Source: an uncultured Verrucomicrobiota bacterium (GTDB lineage Bacteria > Auribacterota > JABMQX01). Taken from it: a stretch of DNA of 64,000 bases. The stretch is from the NCBI GenBank assembly GCA_964640185.1, contig CAZXGF010000010.1, positions 162 to 64,161 on the forward strand, given 5' to 3'. Below the pieces are notes generated by a model. The model did not search any database and was not told the origin of the DNA. It saw only the letters and a program-made list of their open reading frames with translations. The translations under genes and the position numbers were made by a program. The first letter of the stretch is position 1, and each line of letters begins with the position of its first letter. Shown here piece after piece: positions 17,182 through 27,354 of the stretch.

Positions 17182-18672
17182 CTATCGCCACTTAAGGTTA
17201 CGCAAATCTTTTTCGACTTCACAAAGGAGTTTTGCTTGGACCACTACGAACTTCTCAGGGGCAGGGGTCGACGGAGTCGTCACTCCCGCGTACTTCTTGA
17301 AGCAAGTCGCGATCTTGGCACGCTTGGACTTCACCTTGCTCTTTTTGCCGTGGTCTACGTCGTGCTGCTCGGCAGTTCTCAATATGTTTACATCTGCAAA
17401 GCTTGCGGGCCAATCGCCCTGGAGTCGAGTTCCCACACTCTCCCGAAAAACGAAGTACAGTCCGTCAATCCAGTCTCGGTATCCCGTGTAGTTCTTAATG
17501 CACTGACCAATGTTCGCGAGCGCATTTGCGGTCTTGCTCGTGGCCCTAAACAGGTCTTCGCGCTTTTCTCCTGCGTACTCCTCATTTCGCTGCTCAACAA
17601 GATTACGAATGCGCCTGGCACGTTCAGCGAGGGACTTGTGGATCGCGCTCTCTGCGACGACGCTGACGCCTAGGATGTCAACAAAAGTAGGATCGTAAGC
17701 CAGAAGTTTGCCCAGGAGTATTTCGTTACGGATCTGTGCACCGCGACGGATGTTGGCGTTGACTGTTTTCTGGAAGGCCAGGTATTCAGGATCAGTGGCT
17801 TTCTGCCCCAGGGTAACTTGCCTCGAGAGTTCTTCCATGAAGAACTCAAAAAATTGCCTCAGCCGTTTCGCTGTTCCTTTGTGCTTACCTCTCTGAATGA
17901 CGCGCGACACCAACGTGGCGAATGATTGGACGATCGTGCGTTTTCGGAGTATACGACTCGCCGTTGGAAACACGTCGTCTAAGAAATTGAAGGTGGCGAC
18001 CAGCCTCTTTGCGGCTGTCGACTCCCCACTGAAACTTGCTTGGCTCAAAAATGTCGTGTTTAGGTCCTTGTAGCGAAGACTGGTTTCTATGCCCTCAATC
18101 TCAATCGCCGCAACCTTGGCGACTATATCGAAATGGCCGTACCGCTTATCAGTTGCGGTGACTTTCTCCTCGAAGAACTTGTGCGTTGACAGGTTCTTGC
18201 TGAAGTCTCGCAGCTTGCTTTGGACAGAATTAAGCTTCTCACTGCTTGTCAACGGGAGTCCTCCTTGGAGCCGCTGGAAGAACTCCTTCAACTCCTCTTC
18301 GTCAGCGTCACTGATTTCATCGAACTCGATCTCAAAGTCATCAAATAGGTCGGCCAGATGCTCCGGGAGACCCTTATAGTATTGCGCGCCGAATTCTTCT
18401 GCTGACGACGCGTTCAGCGCGAGTTCATTGTCGAAGAACTCGAACACCGCCACGAGTCGTTGTTGCCCGTCGACGACCTCGTACTCATTGGGCTGTGAAG
18501 AGGTTTTCAGGACATAGAATTTGGGCAACTTCCATCCGCGGAGGATCGAGTCGATAAGCAACTGCTTCTTGCTCTTTGGCCAGACCTTCTGGCGCTGCCA
18601 ATCTGGAATCTCGTACCGGTCCCGACGTTTGTATATTTTGTCCAGTGCCCTCTTTTCCGCTCGCATTTGCAT
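17182..18672 (-). CDS. DUF262 (ParB-like nuclease superfamily, GmrSD N-terminal domain) protein
   Basis: IPDWQRQKVW and VVDGQQRLVAVFEF hallmark motifs; AGGAGGT RBS 7 nt before ATG at 18672; C-terminal half unassigned. Confidence 0.75.
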   Translation of the reverse strand: MQMRAEKRALDKIYKRRDRYEIPDWQRQKVWPKSKKQLLIDSILRGWKLPKFYVLKTSSQPNEYEVVDGQQRLVAVFEFFDNELALNASSAEEFGAQYYKGLPEHLADLFDDFEIEFDEISDADEEELKEFFQRLQGGLPLTSSEKLNSVQSKLRDFSKNLSTHKFFEEKVTATDKRYGHFDIVAKVAAIEIEGIETSLRYKDLNTTFLSQASFSGESTAAKRLVATFNFLDDVFPTASRILRKRTIVQSFATLVSRVIQRGKHKGTAKRLRQFFEFFMEELSRQVTLGQKATDPEYLAFQKTVNANIRRGAQIRNEILLGKLLAYDPTFVDILGVSVVAESAIHKSLAERARRIRNLVEQRNEEYAGEKREDLFRATSKTANALANIGQCIKNYTGYRDWIDGLYFVFRESVGTRLQGDWPASFADVNILRTAEQHDVDHGKKSKVKSKRAKIATCFKKYAGVTTPSTPAPEKFVVVQAKLLCEVEKDLRNLKWR

Positions 18673-18869
18673 GAGATACCTCCTGTTGCGCCTGACGCTC
18701 CCAAAGATTGGCTCAGGGCCGCCTCGCACGCGGCGTGCAAGTGCAGCCGCTGCTTCCGTAGCATTGGCTCTTAGTCACAGGTCCAAGTGTACTCTTATGG
18801 TTTCGTCAAGGGACCCTGCCAGCCATTTCTCCGTCTTGGAAGGTTTCCCTAATAACCCGAGCACGGACC

Positions 18870-18949
18870 CCAGCGAGCCAATCTGTCGAATCGTTTTCAT
18901 AGTTCCTCCTTAGACCAGTAGAATCGGAAAGCCTCAGCTAACGGCGTGC
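18870..18949 (-). repeat. ybjQ 5' module copy B (hairpin, CAGCTAAC box, RBS, first 10 codons MKTIRQIGSL then diverges to a stop)
   Basis: Sequence identity with 17027-17114; upstream imperfect hairpin GAGCGGCGCGG..CCGCGTCCGGCTC at 18929-18966. Confidence 0.75.
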
Positions 18950-19007
18950 CGAGCGGCGCGGCCGTTAGCCCGCGTCCGGCTCCAGCGATGGTTTAGGGAT
19001 TCTACTT

Positions 19008-19640
19008 CTATTCCCCGATGATTCCAATGCTAATGATGGCGAACAGAACCAAGACTAAAGTACTCCAAAGGCCCAGGGGGCCAAGCATCCTTGTAGTCCT
19101 CTTATATGCGTCGTATTGTTCGCGAAATCTCATGCCAATGTCGTATTTCTCCTCAAGGACCGCTTGTACGATGTTGAGGCCCTGGACCAGGGGGAACATC
19201 AGCAGACCATCCAGGTTCCTCGTGATGAGTGGCAACCCCAGCGCGACCCAAACGATGCCCGTATAGATAGGATGCCTGAAATAGCGATAAGTCCCAGTTG
19301 TGAGTAGTCCTGCTTTTACGTCCCGCCCGCCAAGGGCTTTTCTCTTTGCGGCAGTGGTAACCGCCAGGGCGATTCCGGAAATAACTAAAGTAGAACCGAT
19401 CACCGGGAAACCGTAACGGACACTGGTGCTTCGCATAAAGGCGGCTGGAGGGATGCCGTCGCTGGCAGGCGGCAGGACAACTATAAGGTAGCAGAGAAGG
19501 TTATATGTTAGCACAGCCAGCAGATTGGCGATCTTGTTCTCAAGGATTCTCTGATATCTCCTGCGATCCCTGAGGAACCATGCGAAGACCCCGACGAGGG
19601 CTCCAAGCATTGCGAATAGGCTAAATCGAATGATCCACAT
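19008..19640 (-). CDS. isoprenylcysteine carboxyl methyltransferase (ICMT)/PEMT-family membrane methyltransferase
   Basis: Multi-TM; RHPIYTG motif plus downstream EE..L acidic patch typical of the ICMT family. Confidence 0.65.
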   Translation of the reverse strand: MWIIRFSLFAMLGALVGVFAWFLRDRRRYQRILENKIANLLAVLTYNLLCYLIVVLPPASDGIPPAAFMRSTSVRYGFPVIGSTLVISGIALAVTTAAKRKALGGRDVKAGLLTTGTYRYFRHPIYTGIVWVALGLPLITRNLDGLLMFPLVQGLNIVQAVLEEKYDIGMRFREQYDAYKRTTRMLGPLGLWSTLVLVLFAIISIGIIGE

Positions 19641-19680
19641 TGGGCTTTAGTGCATTCCCCCATACCTGCTTTGCCGATGC

Positions 19681-20085
19681 CTAACGCTGCGGCTTCTCCG
19701 CGCCCGCTGGAGCGACTTGCTGGGGTTTGGATTGTCTTTTGCGCTCAATCCATAAACTTGAAACGATTCCTGCCAACGAAAAGACGAAGATCGGAAGGAG
19801 ATCACTTGTAGTACGCTCGACATGATGGGCTGTTCCCAACGTTGTTACCCGAACGTAGAATTTTTCATCTTCAGACTTTTGATAGTCACCACTTTCCCCA
19901 ATCACTTGAGAGGCTGTCGCGACGGGTTCAACCTTTGCGGTGTAATGGGTTGGCTTCAAGACTCGATACTGAGCGTGATAGTGGACAAAACGCGCAAATA
20001 CCCATGTGCTAACAGTCCAAAAACAGATCATCGCAAAAATGACCAGAGGAAGCATGTGATAAAACCTCTCTTGCTGCCTTTTCAT
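19681..20085 (-). CDS. small membrane protein, hypothetical
   Basis: Two predicted TM segments flanking a polar core; no motif recognised. Confidence 0.4.
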   Translation of the reverse strand: MKRQQERFYHMLPLVIFAMICFWTVSTWVFARFVHYHAQYRVLKPTHYTAKVEPVATASQVIGESGDYQKSEDEKFYVRVTTLGTAHHVERTTSDLLPIFVFSLAGIVSSLWIERKRQSKPQQVAPAGAEKPQR

Positions 20086-20128
20086 GCCTGTCTCCTTTCA
20101 TTGCCGAACTATTGATTATCCTGAGCTG

Positions 20129-20242
20129 TCAGGCCACGGCCGGATCATCGGCAACCATCACGTGCCACGGGATCCCGGCAAATACTGCTGTGAAGAGCCC
20201 CAACACGAACGCCACCGAGCCAATTTGTCAAAGTATTTTCAT
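20129..20242 (-). pseudogene. ybjQ-like N-terminal gene fragment (copy C of the 5' module) with in-frame TGA at codon 5
   Basis: Translates MKIL*QIGSVAFVLGLFTAVFAGIPWHVMVADDP, versus MKTIRQIGSLAFVVGLFTAVFVGIPWHVVVADDP in the intact gene at 16507-17067. Confidence 0.7.
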
Positions 20243-20304
20243 AGCGCCTGCTTAGGCAACTAAAATCCAAAATGTCAGCTAACGACATAGCTCAGCGGCG
20301 CGCC

Positions 20305-21702
20305 TTATTGCGCGTCCGGTGGAGCGTTGTGTTGGGTGGAAGAATCGTCTCTTTCCCGAGCCGACAGTACTTTCAGCGCACCCTCGCATGCCTCCAGAAT
20401 CTGTGGGCTCTTGTAGTTGATCGCCTTCCATCGTCGTTGTGTCTCTTCGATTACGCTCCTGGTTCTGGGATCCCCGATACGCAGAAATGCGTAGACAGCC
20501 GCATAAGTCTCGCAGTACGCCCGCATATTGGCCCCGGACTTGTACGCATGCTTGCTCTCCCAATCAGGTTTAGCCATCTGCTGCTTCCAATGCTCGTTGT
20601 GTTTGTTCAACAGATCAATAAGAAAGGGCACAGCGCTCTCGCACCGGATCTCGCCTAAGAGATGTATAACACGCCTCCTGAGGAAGTCGCGCAGACTGAC
20701 TTTGGCTCCTTCGATATGTGAAGCAAGCTCGGCGCTGTCTAAATCGAGCCCTTGGTCTTTCCATTCTCTCTGGAGCTTGCGTTTGGTATTCTCGTACAAC
20801 GCGTTGAGATGAGGGGTGGCGAGTCGTTGCTCTGATCCGGGTCCATCTTTGAGTCCCTTGCGTCTCAGGATGTCCTGGTCAGTTTCCTCAAAAAGTTTGA
20901 TAAGCTCAGGGCATGCAGCATCACCACATGCCACAAGGCCATCTCTGGGTTCGTTTTTCATCCCCCACTGAAAAGATTCTATGAAGTATGGAAGCAATCT
21001 CACAACTCTGGTTTTGGGGTCACGGATCCTGAGCAGGCGTTGGAGTTTTAGATGATCCAGGTACCGCTGGGCACGCTCCTCTATGGCAACGTTCTTTTCC
21101 AGTTGCTGTCTGACAGCCGCTTCCGGATCTTCGGCTAAGTACGCCAAGAAGTAGCTTTTCAGAGACAGCGGTTGGATATCCTGCGGGTCTATGATCCCCA
21201 ACATTTGGGTATTTGAACGCTCGCTTCCCCAACGGTCAGTGCGTTTGCGGAGGAACCAGAGATTGTCTTCCCGTGCGTCCTTCAAAAGAGGCTCACAACT
21301 GAACGAACTGTTACCAGTGTCGAGTATGTAGATTGGGCCTGTCGGGGCGTGTTTCCGGCCCTTCTGCTCTTGAGGTCTGAAACCGTGTCCCCAGTATTTC
21401 CCGCCCACGCGGGGATCGAGGCCATAATGAATAATGATCATGATCTCCTTCTTGTGACATGTTCCCTTTATGACCTCAGTGATGACCAGCCTCGCGTGAT
21501 GTTCCCAGCTTATCCCCTCTTGTCGTTTCCGCTTGTGGGAAACATACTTGATGGAGCGTTCCTTCAAGTGCCCCACAACCATCAGTTCAGCCCGTTCCAC
21601 TACCGTCGCATCCTCGTATCTCGGTCGTAGCTCCGCGTTAGCGGTACTCGAACAGGCAATAAGCATCGGGAGAAACATCGCCAATCTTTTTGCAAGGGTC
21701 AT
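20305..21702 (-). CDS. lipoprotein, hypothetical (lipobox LIAC)
   Basis: GGAGAAAAG RBS; MTLAKRLAMFLPMLIACSS signal/lipobox. Start ATG overlaps the HicB-like stop (ATGA), implying translational coupling. Confidence 0.55.
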   Translation of the reverse strand: MTLAKRLAMFLPMLIACSSTANAELRPRYEDATVVERAELMVVGHLKERSIKYVSHKRKRQEGISWEHHARLVITEVIKGTCHKKEIMIIIHYGLDPRVGGKYWGHGFRPQEQKGRKHAPTGPIYILDTGNSSFSCEPLLKDAREDNLWFLRKRTDRWGSERSNTQMLGIIDPQDIQPLSLKSYFLAYLAEDPEAAVRQQLEKNVAIEERAQRYLDHLKLQRLLRIRDPKTRVVRLLPYFIESFQWGMKNEPRDGLVACGDAACPELIKLFEETDQDILRRKGLKDGPGSEQRLATPHLNALYENTKRKLQREWKDQGLDLDSAELASHIEGAKVSLRDFLRRRVIHLLGEIRCESAVPFLIDLLNKHNEHWKQQMAKPDWESKHAYKSGANMRAYCETYAAVYAFLRIGDPRTRSVIEETQRRWKAINYKSPQILEACEGALKVLSARERDDSSTQHNAPPDAQ

Positions 21703-21974
21703 CGTCTTTTCTCCGCACAACAATGATTATCTTGTTCCGTATAACGTCCCAAGTCGGGACGTTTTGCAGTATAAGACGCCGGCAAATCATGGCAAGAGTC
21801 GCACGCAAGCCGTTGGTTTTCAGTGGCTTGCATCATCGTCTTGCATTCCGCTTTGAGGCTCTCGAGCAGTTCCTCTCGCGTTCTTTCCTGGCAGTTCACA
21901 CCCGGAATCTCCTCTATCCATCCAATCCACCAATCTCCGTCCTTTTGCGTTATGGCTGTGTATGAGTTTGGCAT
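21699..21974 (-). CDS. HicB-family antitoxin-like protein (UPF0150); no recognisable HicA partner
   Basis: YTAITQKDGDWWIGWIEEIPGVNCQERTREELLESLKEA resembles the HicB N-domain. Confidence 0.55.
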   Translation of the reverse strand: MPNSYTAITQKDGDWWIGWIEEIPGVNCQERTREELLESLKAECKTMMQATENQRLACDSCHDLPASYTAKRPDLGRYTEQDNHCCAEKRR

Positions 21975-22262
21975 CTGAACACTCGCTTTCCCTGCACAGA
22001 TCTACAAAGAGTCTATCTGTGTACAAACGCCCCCACGCTTGATTGACTGGATGGGCCCATATTGCTGCACTCTTGACGCCATTACGGCCAACACGTGGCA
22101 TCCCGCCTTTGGCGGGACCCGTGAACCGTCATGAGCAAGATGCCCATGCCACTGAGGGAAAAATGCTATTCCAGCTACTGATGATCATCCTGCCCCTTCT
22201 GAGTCTAAGAACCATGCTCCCACACAGCTCTCCGAGCTGTCAAGCACTGTCTGGCAAATGGG

Positions 22263-22516
22263 TGTGGCCGCGTCTCCGTGGCATCCTCCGACGCCTGGTT
22301 TTGAACGTGTCCCGCCTCACGTTGACGCGGTGGATATGTCCAGCCTTTCGCTCTGTCGCAGAACGGAGAACGCCAGGGTTTCCTTTTCGCGTGCCCTCAG
22401 CGGGCGCCGGACTTAGCCACCGGCTTTAGTCGGTGGTATCGGATACGGGTTTTTTCTCGTGAGAGCCGGCTTCGGCCGGGCTTCTCGACCAGAGGATTCA
22501 TCCGAATTTCGCCACG
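22263..22516 (+). repeat. dispersed ~260-nt structured intergenic element, copy R2
   Basis: Aligns end-to-end with R1; hairpin GCCGG-C-UUCG-G-CCGGC present here. Confidence 0.8.
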
Positions 22517-22836
22517 GGAATACGACCACAACCCCCTTGAATGCAAGTGGCGGCCGCACGTTTGGAGATAAGCACATTCGTGACCGTTCACGGCACAGTC
22601 ACGAGGAAAGTGTCGCGCGTCCAGGGTGAGGCGGCGAGGACCGAGTCCTTCTCATCTTTCTCTCTGCGCCCCTGCGCCTTTGCCTTACTCCCCTTTTCCC
22701 TCTAAAACCCTTCAAGAGCGAGAAAGACCGCCGCACCGCCCTCTCCATCTACCGCAAAGCCCGCCGAATCTACGCCGACATCGAAAAACGCGCCCTCGCC
22801 AGCGGCAAACAGCCGGATTCGAAAACCCGCGTTCTA

Positions 22837-23745
22837 CTAACTGGGATGCTTTGGTTCCCAGCCCCCGATCTTGTCCCCCGTCCTCAAAAGCTGTTCGGGG
22901 AGCTTTCGCAGTGTGATTTCATGCTCCTCTCGGTCCCAGCGCGTAACCTTCACTTTGCGTTTGAGCATCCGCCTTTCGCCCACATCCATGCCTATAAGCA
23001 GCCCCAGGATATAGACCGGGAGAAGAATAGCGAGGGCAAGGCGCGGGTCCTGGCCGCAGGAGCTTGCGAGCCGGGACACGAGGACTACTGCCAAGAGGCT
23101 CAAAACCACCATGACGGTTATACACGCCCGGAGGGAGGGCCACCTCTTGACAAACTGCTCATACTTCGGGTGGAAGACCACCGGGTTCGTCTTATGGGCG
23201 TAGGTGTAGCTTATGTACACCTTGCGACTGAGAGTGCGGGCTTGCGAAGCCTCTGCGCCAATGGCCGCCGCGGGCACGAGCATGAGAAGAAAGACGCCGG
23301 TTTGAACAAAGCCGTCCTGCGCGCTCCGTCCCGAAAGACACCCTGCCGTCAGGACTACCGCCAATGTCAGGACGACGATGACGCCCACGCGCATCGCGAT
23401 ACCAAATAGGCTCCTCCCGGGCTTTATGCTGTGGGTCCATCCGCGCTGCTTTAGGAGCTCATGATGCCGGTCCCTGAGCCAATAGTAAGTGCTTCTTCGG
23501 GCGCAGAAATGCCAGATGAGAAGTGCCGCGAGCAGCAGGGAAAGGTGAAACAACACCCGAAAGGTCTCAGAGGCCCAAAAGCTATGGCCAGCCCTGACCA
23601 GCCCGTTGATGACTAGGCCGTAAGCGGCTATAACAAACCCCATCTCGGTCGCTTCCAGCGTCTGGAGGTGGCGCATGCTCTCCAAGTAGTCGAGCTGCTT
23701 TAGCTTCTCCCTCGCAATCTCTTCATCGCCTGAGTTTCCTGACAT
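22837..23745 (-). CDS. polytopic membrane protein, hypothetical
   Basis: AAAGGAGGT RBS then ATG (MSGNSGDEE...); ~6 hydrophobic segments. Confidence 0.45.
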   Translation of the reverse strand: MSGNSGDEEIAREKLKQLDYLESMRHLQTLEATEMGFVIAAYGLVINGLVRAGHSFWASETFRVLFHLSLLLAALLIWHFCARRSTYYWLRDRHHELLKQRGWTHSIKPGRSLFGIAMRVGVIVVLTLAVVLTAGCLSGRSAQDGFVQTGVFLLMLVPAAAIGAEASQARTLSRKVYISYTYAHKTNPVVFHPKYEQFVKRWPSLRACITVMVVLSLLAVVLVSRLASSCGQDPRLALAILLPVYILGLLIGMDVGERRMLKRKVKVTRWDREEHEITLRKLPEQLLRTGDKIGGWEPKHPS

Positions 23746-23777
23746 TGCACTACCTCCTTTCGACAATCGGACCGCCC

Positions 23778-25670
23778 TCACTCCTGACTCAGGACGAGAA
23801 TGCTGACGCTCAGCTTGTCGAACGTCATCTTCCGGTTCCATTCGGGCACGTCCTCTTCGCGGATGGTGACGGCTGGGGGCTTGCCGGGCTCGTTGTAGGA
23901 GTTTTGGTTCGGGCCGGTCATTACGAGGCGCCTGACGTGGGTCACTTTACCCAAGCCGGTGGTCTCGAGCAAAGCCTCCACGGGAGCCGTGCTGCCGTTG
24001 ACGACGCCGATGTACGCGGTCTTGCGGTCGTCGCTGAGGCTTGCCACGGCATCGAGGGGGCCGTTGCCTTCCGCCTTGACGCGCACTGGGCCGAAATTGT
24101 TGCGGTACATGACGAGCGGCAAAGCGATGGTGTCAAATGCGGCATGAGTCCGTGTGGTCTTGATTGCGCCGAGAACGTTTACGGTCTGGGCGAGGTTCGC
24201 CATGTAAAGCATGTCGTTGTTGCGGAACATTTCGTGGAGCGCGAGGGCGATTCCAATGGCGTCCCTGAGCTCGTAGCGAATACCCGCCTGCCCGTAAATC
24301 TCCGTCCCGTGCCAGTAGTTCCACTCGTCCATCGCAATGGGAATCCTTTTCCCTTTCAGCGCCGGAATGCTCTCGTGATACTTCCTCACCGCGCGGACTA
24401 TTCTCCTGACCTGATTGCGAGCCTGCACGATGTCCTCCGCCAACTTCGGCTTCCTGCCGACGTAGAAATGCTCGCTGAGATAGTCCATGCGGTCGGCGCA
24501 GTTGCTCAGCATCGCCTCGTCCCACTTCCCGACGTTTCCGACGGCGACCAACTTGATGCTGGGGTCCGCGGCGCGCATCTTTTCCGCAAACAGATTGTGC
24601 TTTTTGACATACTCCCCGACGGGCATGTGCCCCAGTTGCCAATTGCCGTACATCTCGTTGCCGATGCCCCACCATTTCACACCGTACGGCGTCAGATGCC
24701 CGTTCTTCGCGCGAACCCTCCCCCATTTGGAGTCCGCGCTTCCATTGCAGTACTCCAGCTCCTCGAGGGCAAGCTGCACGTCACCCAGGCCGGAATTGAC
24801 GACCACAAGAGGCTCGGTATCAAGCAGCCGGCAGAAGGTCAGGAACTCGTCAATGCCGAAATCGTTGTGCTCGATCCCTCGCCATGCCGGATTTTTGCGA
24901 GGGGGCCGTTTGTCGGGGTCGCCGATACCATCCCTCCAGTCGTATCCGCTGACGAAGTTGCCGCCCGGCCAGCGATAGATCGGCGAGTTGAGCTGCCGCA
25001 GCAAACTGAGAGTGTCCGCTCGCATTCCGTCTATGTTGTCCGCGGGCATCAGCGAAGCAGCTCCGATAGATAGCTTCCCTTTCTTCCCGAAACCGATAGC
25101 CATCTCACCCTCGCCCGTCGTCTCTCCGGCCGTGAATCGAAAGTTGAACTTGGCGAACTCGCCGGAAGGCTTCAACTTCGCGACGATCTGGGACGTTTTT
25201 CTATGCTTTCCGGCTCCTACGAGCACAAGGACTTGGCTCACCTCCCCTTCCGCCTTGAGAACAGCTCTGCCGACATATTCCTTCCCCTCGACAAATGCGA
25301 GGTTTCCGTGTGCGATGCTATAAATATTCCCGTTGCCCTTCTCCAGCGATAGAACAGGCGTCCACTTCCCGAGGTACGGATTGCGCTCATCCATCGTAAC
25401 CTTGAAATCGTCGCTCTTCCCCTTAACCTTCCAGGGCGATTCCTTACTCCCGACCTCGTAAAAGAACTTCCGATCCTCGAGCATCTCGGCCCAGATGCCG
25501 CCGTAAATGCACCGCCCCAGATGCTCGATAAACTGCCCATACACATACTTCGAGATTCTTCCCTGCTCCTGCGAGAAATCAACGGCGACCACCCTTTCCT
25601 CTCCGGCGAATGAGCAATCAGCCGCCACGGCCAACAGAAGCACAGGCACAATTACGCAGATGTATTTCAT
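23778..25670 (-). CDS. alpha-L-arabinofuranosidase, GH51
   Basis: GQFIEHLGRCIYGGIW and WGIGNEMYGNWQ catalytic blocks typical of AbfA; signal peptide. Confidence 0.85.
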   Translation of the reverse strand: MKYICVIVPVLLLAVAADCSFAGEERVVAVDFSQEQGRISKYVYGQFIEHLGRCIYGGIWAEMLEDRKFFYEVGSKESPWKVKGKSDDFKVTMDERNPYLGKWTPVLSLEKGNGNIYSIAHGNLAFVEGKEYVGRAVLKAEGEVSQVLVLVGAGKHRKTSQIVAKLKPSGEFAKFNFRFTAGETTGEGEMAIGFGKKGKLSIGAASLMPADNIDGMRADTLSLLRQLNSPIYRWPGGNFVSGYDWRDGIGDPDKRPPRKNPAWRGIEHNDFGIDEFLTFCRLLDTEPLVVVNSGLGDVQLALEELEYCNGSADSKWGRVRAKNGHLTPYGVKWWGIGNEMYGNWQLGHMPVGEYVKKHNLFAEKMRAADPSIKLVAVGNVGKWDEAMLSNCADRMDYLSEHFYVGRKPKLAEDIVQARNQVRRIVRAVRKYHESIPALKGKRIPIAMDEWNYWHGTEIYGQAGIRYELRDAIGIALALHEMFRNNDMLYMANLAQTVNVLGAIKTTRTHAAFDTIALPLVMYRNNFGPVRVKAEGNGPLDAVASLSDDRKTAYIGVVNGSTAPVEALLETTGLGKVTHVRRLVMTGPNQNSYNEPGKPPAVTIREEDVPEWNRKMTFDKLSVSILVLSQE

Positions 25671-25774
25671 AGGTCACTTCTCCCACTGATAACGACTTGA
25701 CATCCTCGCCATTAACCGTCGCCTTCGCCCGGCCTCCCTCGAAGCCGGACTGCGACGACACACACTTCTCTCCT

Positions 25775-26203
25775 TCAGGACTCCTCCGGCGAGCCGGCGT
25801 CCTCGCCCTGACCAAGAAGCTTTCTCAAAGCGTCCGAACCTTCCGGTTTCTCCTCCTTTCTTTTCTCTTTCCGCCGGACAAAATCCGGGCATGTGTCGGT
25901 GGCTTCCACCTCCTTCATGTGCAACATGCAGCGCTGGGTGAAAGGATTCACCACGTAGTGCGCGCAATGAAGGCACAGCCTCACGCCATCTTCTTCCGAA
26001 AAGACTTTTGGCGCCTGCCTTTCGACGAACTCGACTTCCTCGTCCTCCGTGAATTCCGTCCGGCACACCGAACAGACCAATTTCTCTCCGACTTTCTTCA
26101 GCCCCTCAAACACGGGGCGGCGAATCACGAGAGTTACCTTCCCGCAGAGGGGGCAGAAAATCTCCGCCTTTCTCGAATCCTTTCCCATAGCACAATCCTC
26201 CAT
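25775..26203 (-). CDS. zinc-ribbon protein, hypothetical
   Basis: CPLCG...CSVCR...CLHCAHY cysteine pairs; lysine/glutamate-rich tail. Confidence 0.35.
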   Translation of the reverse strand: MEDCAMGKDSRKAEIFCPLCGKVTLVIRRPVFEGLKKVGEKLVCSVCRTEFTEDEEVEFVERQAPKVFSEEDGVRLCLHCAHYVVNPFTQRCMLHMKEVEATDTCPDFVRRKEKRKEEKPEGSDALRKLLGQGEDAGSPEES

Positions 26204-27354
26204 GCGGCAGCACGTCGCAAGATTTCCGCATGCTTGCTCGGATGATAGCCTCGCCCTATCCGCTTGTCAACGTGCACGGCCCTGAAGATGTGGCTGTGTT
26301 TCGCTGCCATGCCAGGTGGCTTTCCTTGTTTGAAACGACCTGAGCTGCAACGTTATGGGCGTCCACGGACGGCCTTGACACCGAAGCGGCGTCAGCGCAG
26401 CGCGGGCGGAAAGCCTCATTTATACGTAGTTTTGACGCAAATAGTGCCTTTTTTTCGCGCGTAATTCATTGTTACAGAAGGAAATGCAACCCGGCCTTTA
26501 ACCCCGAAAAGGGGCGAAAACTCCAGTAAATTCCAGTAGTCTCTCGACGAGAGGGCATACTGGAATGCCCGCTTTTCGGAAGGCTGGATCGGTTACGGTT
26601 GCGACTGCCATTCTTTTGGCACATTCATATCACAATTGCTGCCATTTGTCAAGAAGGGGGAATCTCGGTGGGTAACGCATCAGTCTCGGGGGGAGAGGAA
26701 CTCACCGCAGAGAGCGCAGAGGGCGCGGAGAAAATATTTACCCATCTTCGATGGACGCACAGGACAGCCCCATGGGCGGCTGACGAGCCTCGGGGGAGTT
26801 CCGTTTTCCTTTTTGGCCAGCGCCCGTCACTGTGTGCTCTGAAGGAACAATGATAGCGCGTGGCTCGGATCTGACGAAGCGCCCTCGTGGCATCTCGGCG
26901 GAGGTCCCGCGGAACGCGGGATGAACACTCATGGGCAAGATGCCCATGCTACGTCCCTCTACGTGCTCTGCGCACTCTGCGGTTTCACCCTTAGCCACCG
27001 GTAAGTGAGGGGTTACCTCGATGGGGCCGTATTTGCGTGGGATAATTCTCGCAGCCTGCAACGGCAGCACTCCTGCCGGTGAAAGTCCGGCGACGGTATC
27101 TGCCCGATGATGCCGTGTAGTCATACCCGACTCAGGGCAAGGGGGACCTTTCCCGGGGAAAGCTCGGGTGTAGAACCTCCATAAGCGGTGAAGAGCCGTG
27201 AAGTGGGAAGGAGCTGCCAGGAGAGGCGGCTCGGGCTGTAGTAGCGAAGATGCGGGTGGACAACATAACCCCCGCGGAGGGAAGGGCCTGTGGGCTCGGG
27301 GTGCTTGTGAGCTCCGGAAAGGGCTGTGCGTAGTGCCCTGTGGAGGCTAATCGC

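Noticed and set aside
21820-22101. 93-aa ORF upstream of HicB as the HicA toxin partner
   Set aside because: No G-S-H/K...H HicA-like pattern in any frame; it overlaps the HicB start out of frame. HicB appears orphan here.
26990-27354. RNase P RNA or cobalamin riboswitch
   Set aside because: Contains GGTGAAAGTCCGG, but the other universally conserved blocks are absent on either strand: for RNase P the CCGGCUUA 3' strand of P4 and the GGUAAGAGCGCACC block; for cobalamin the B12 box and GCCACUG.
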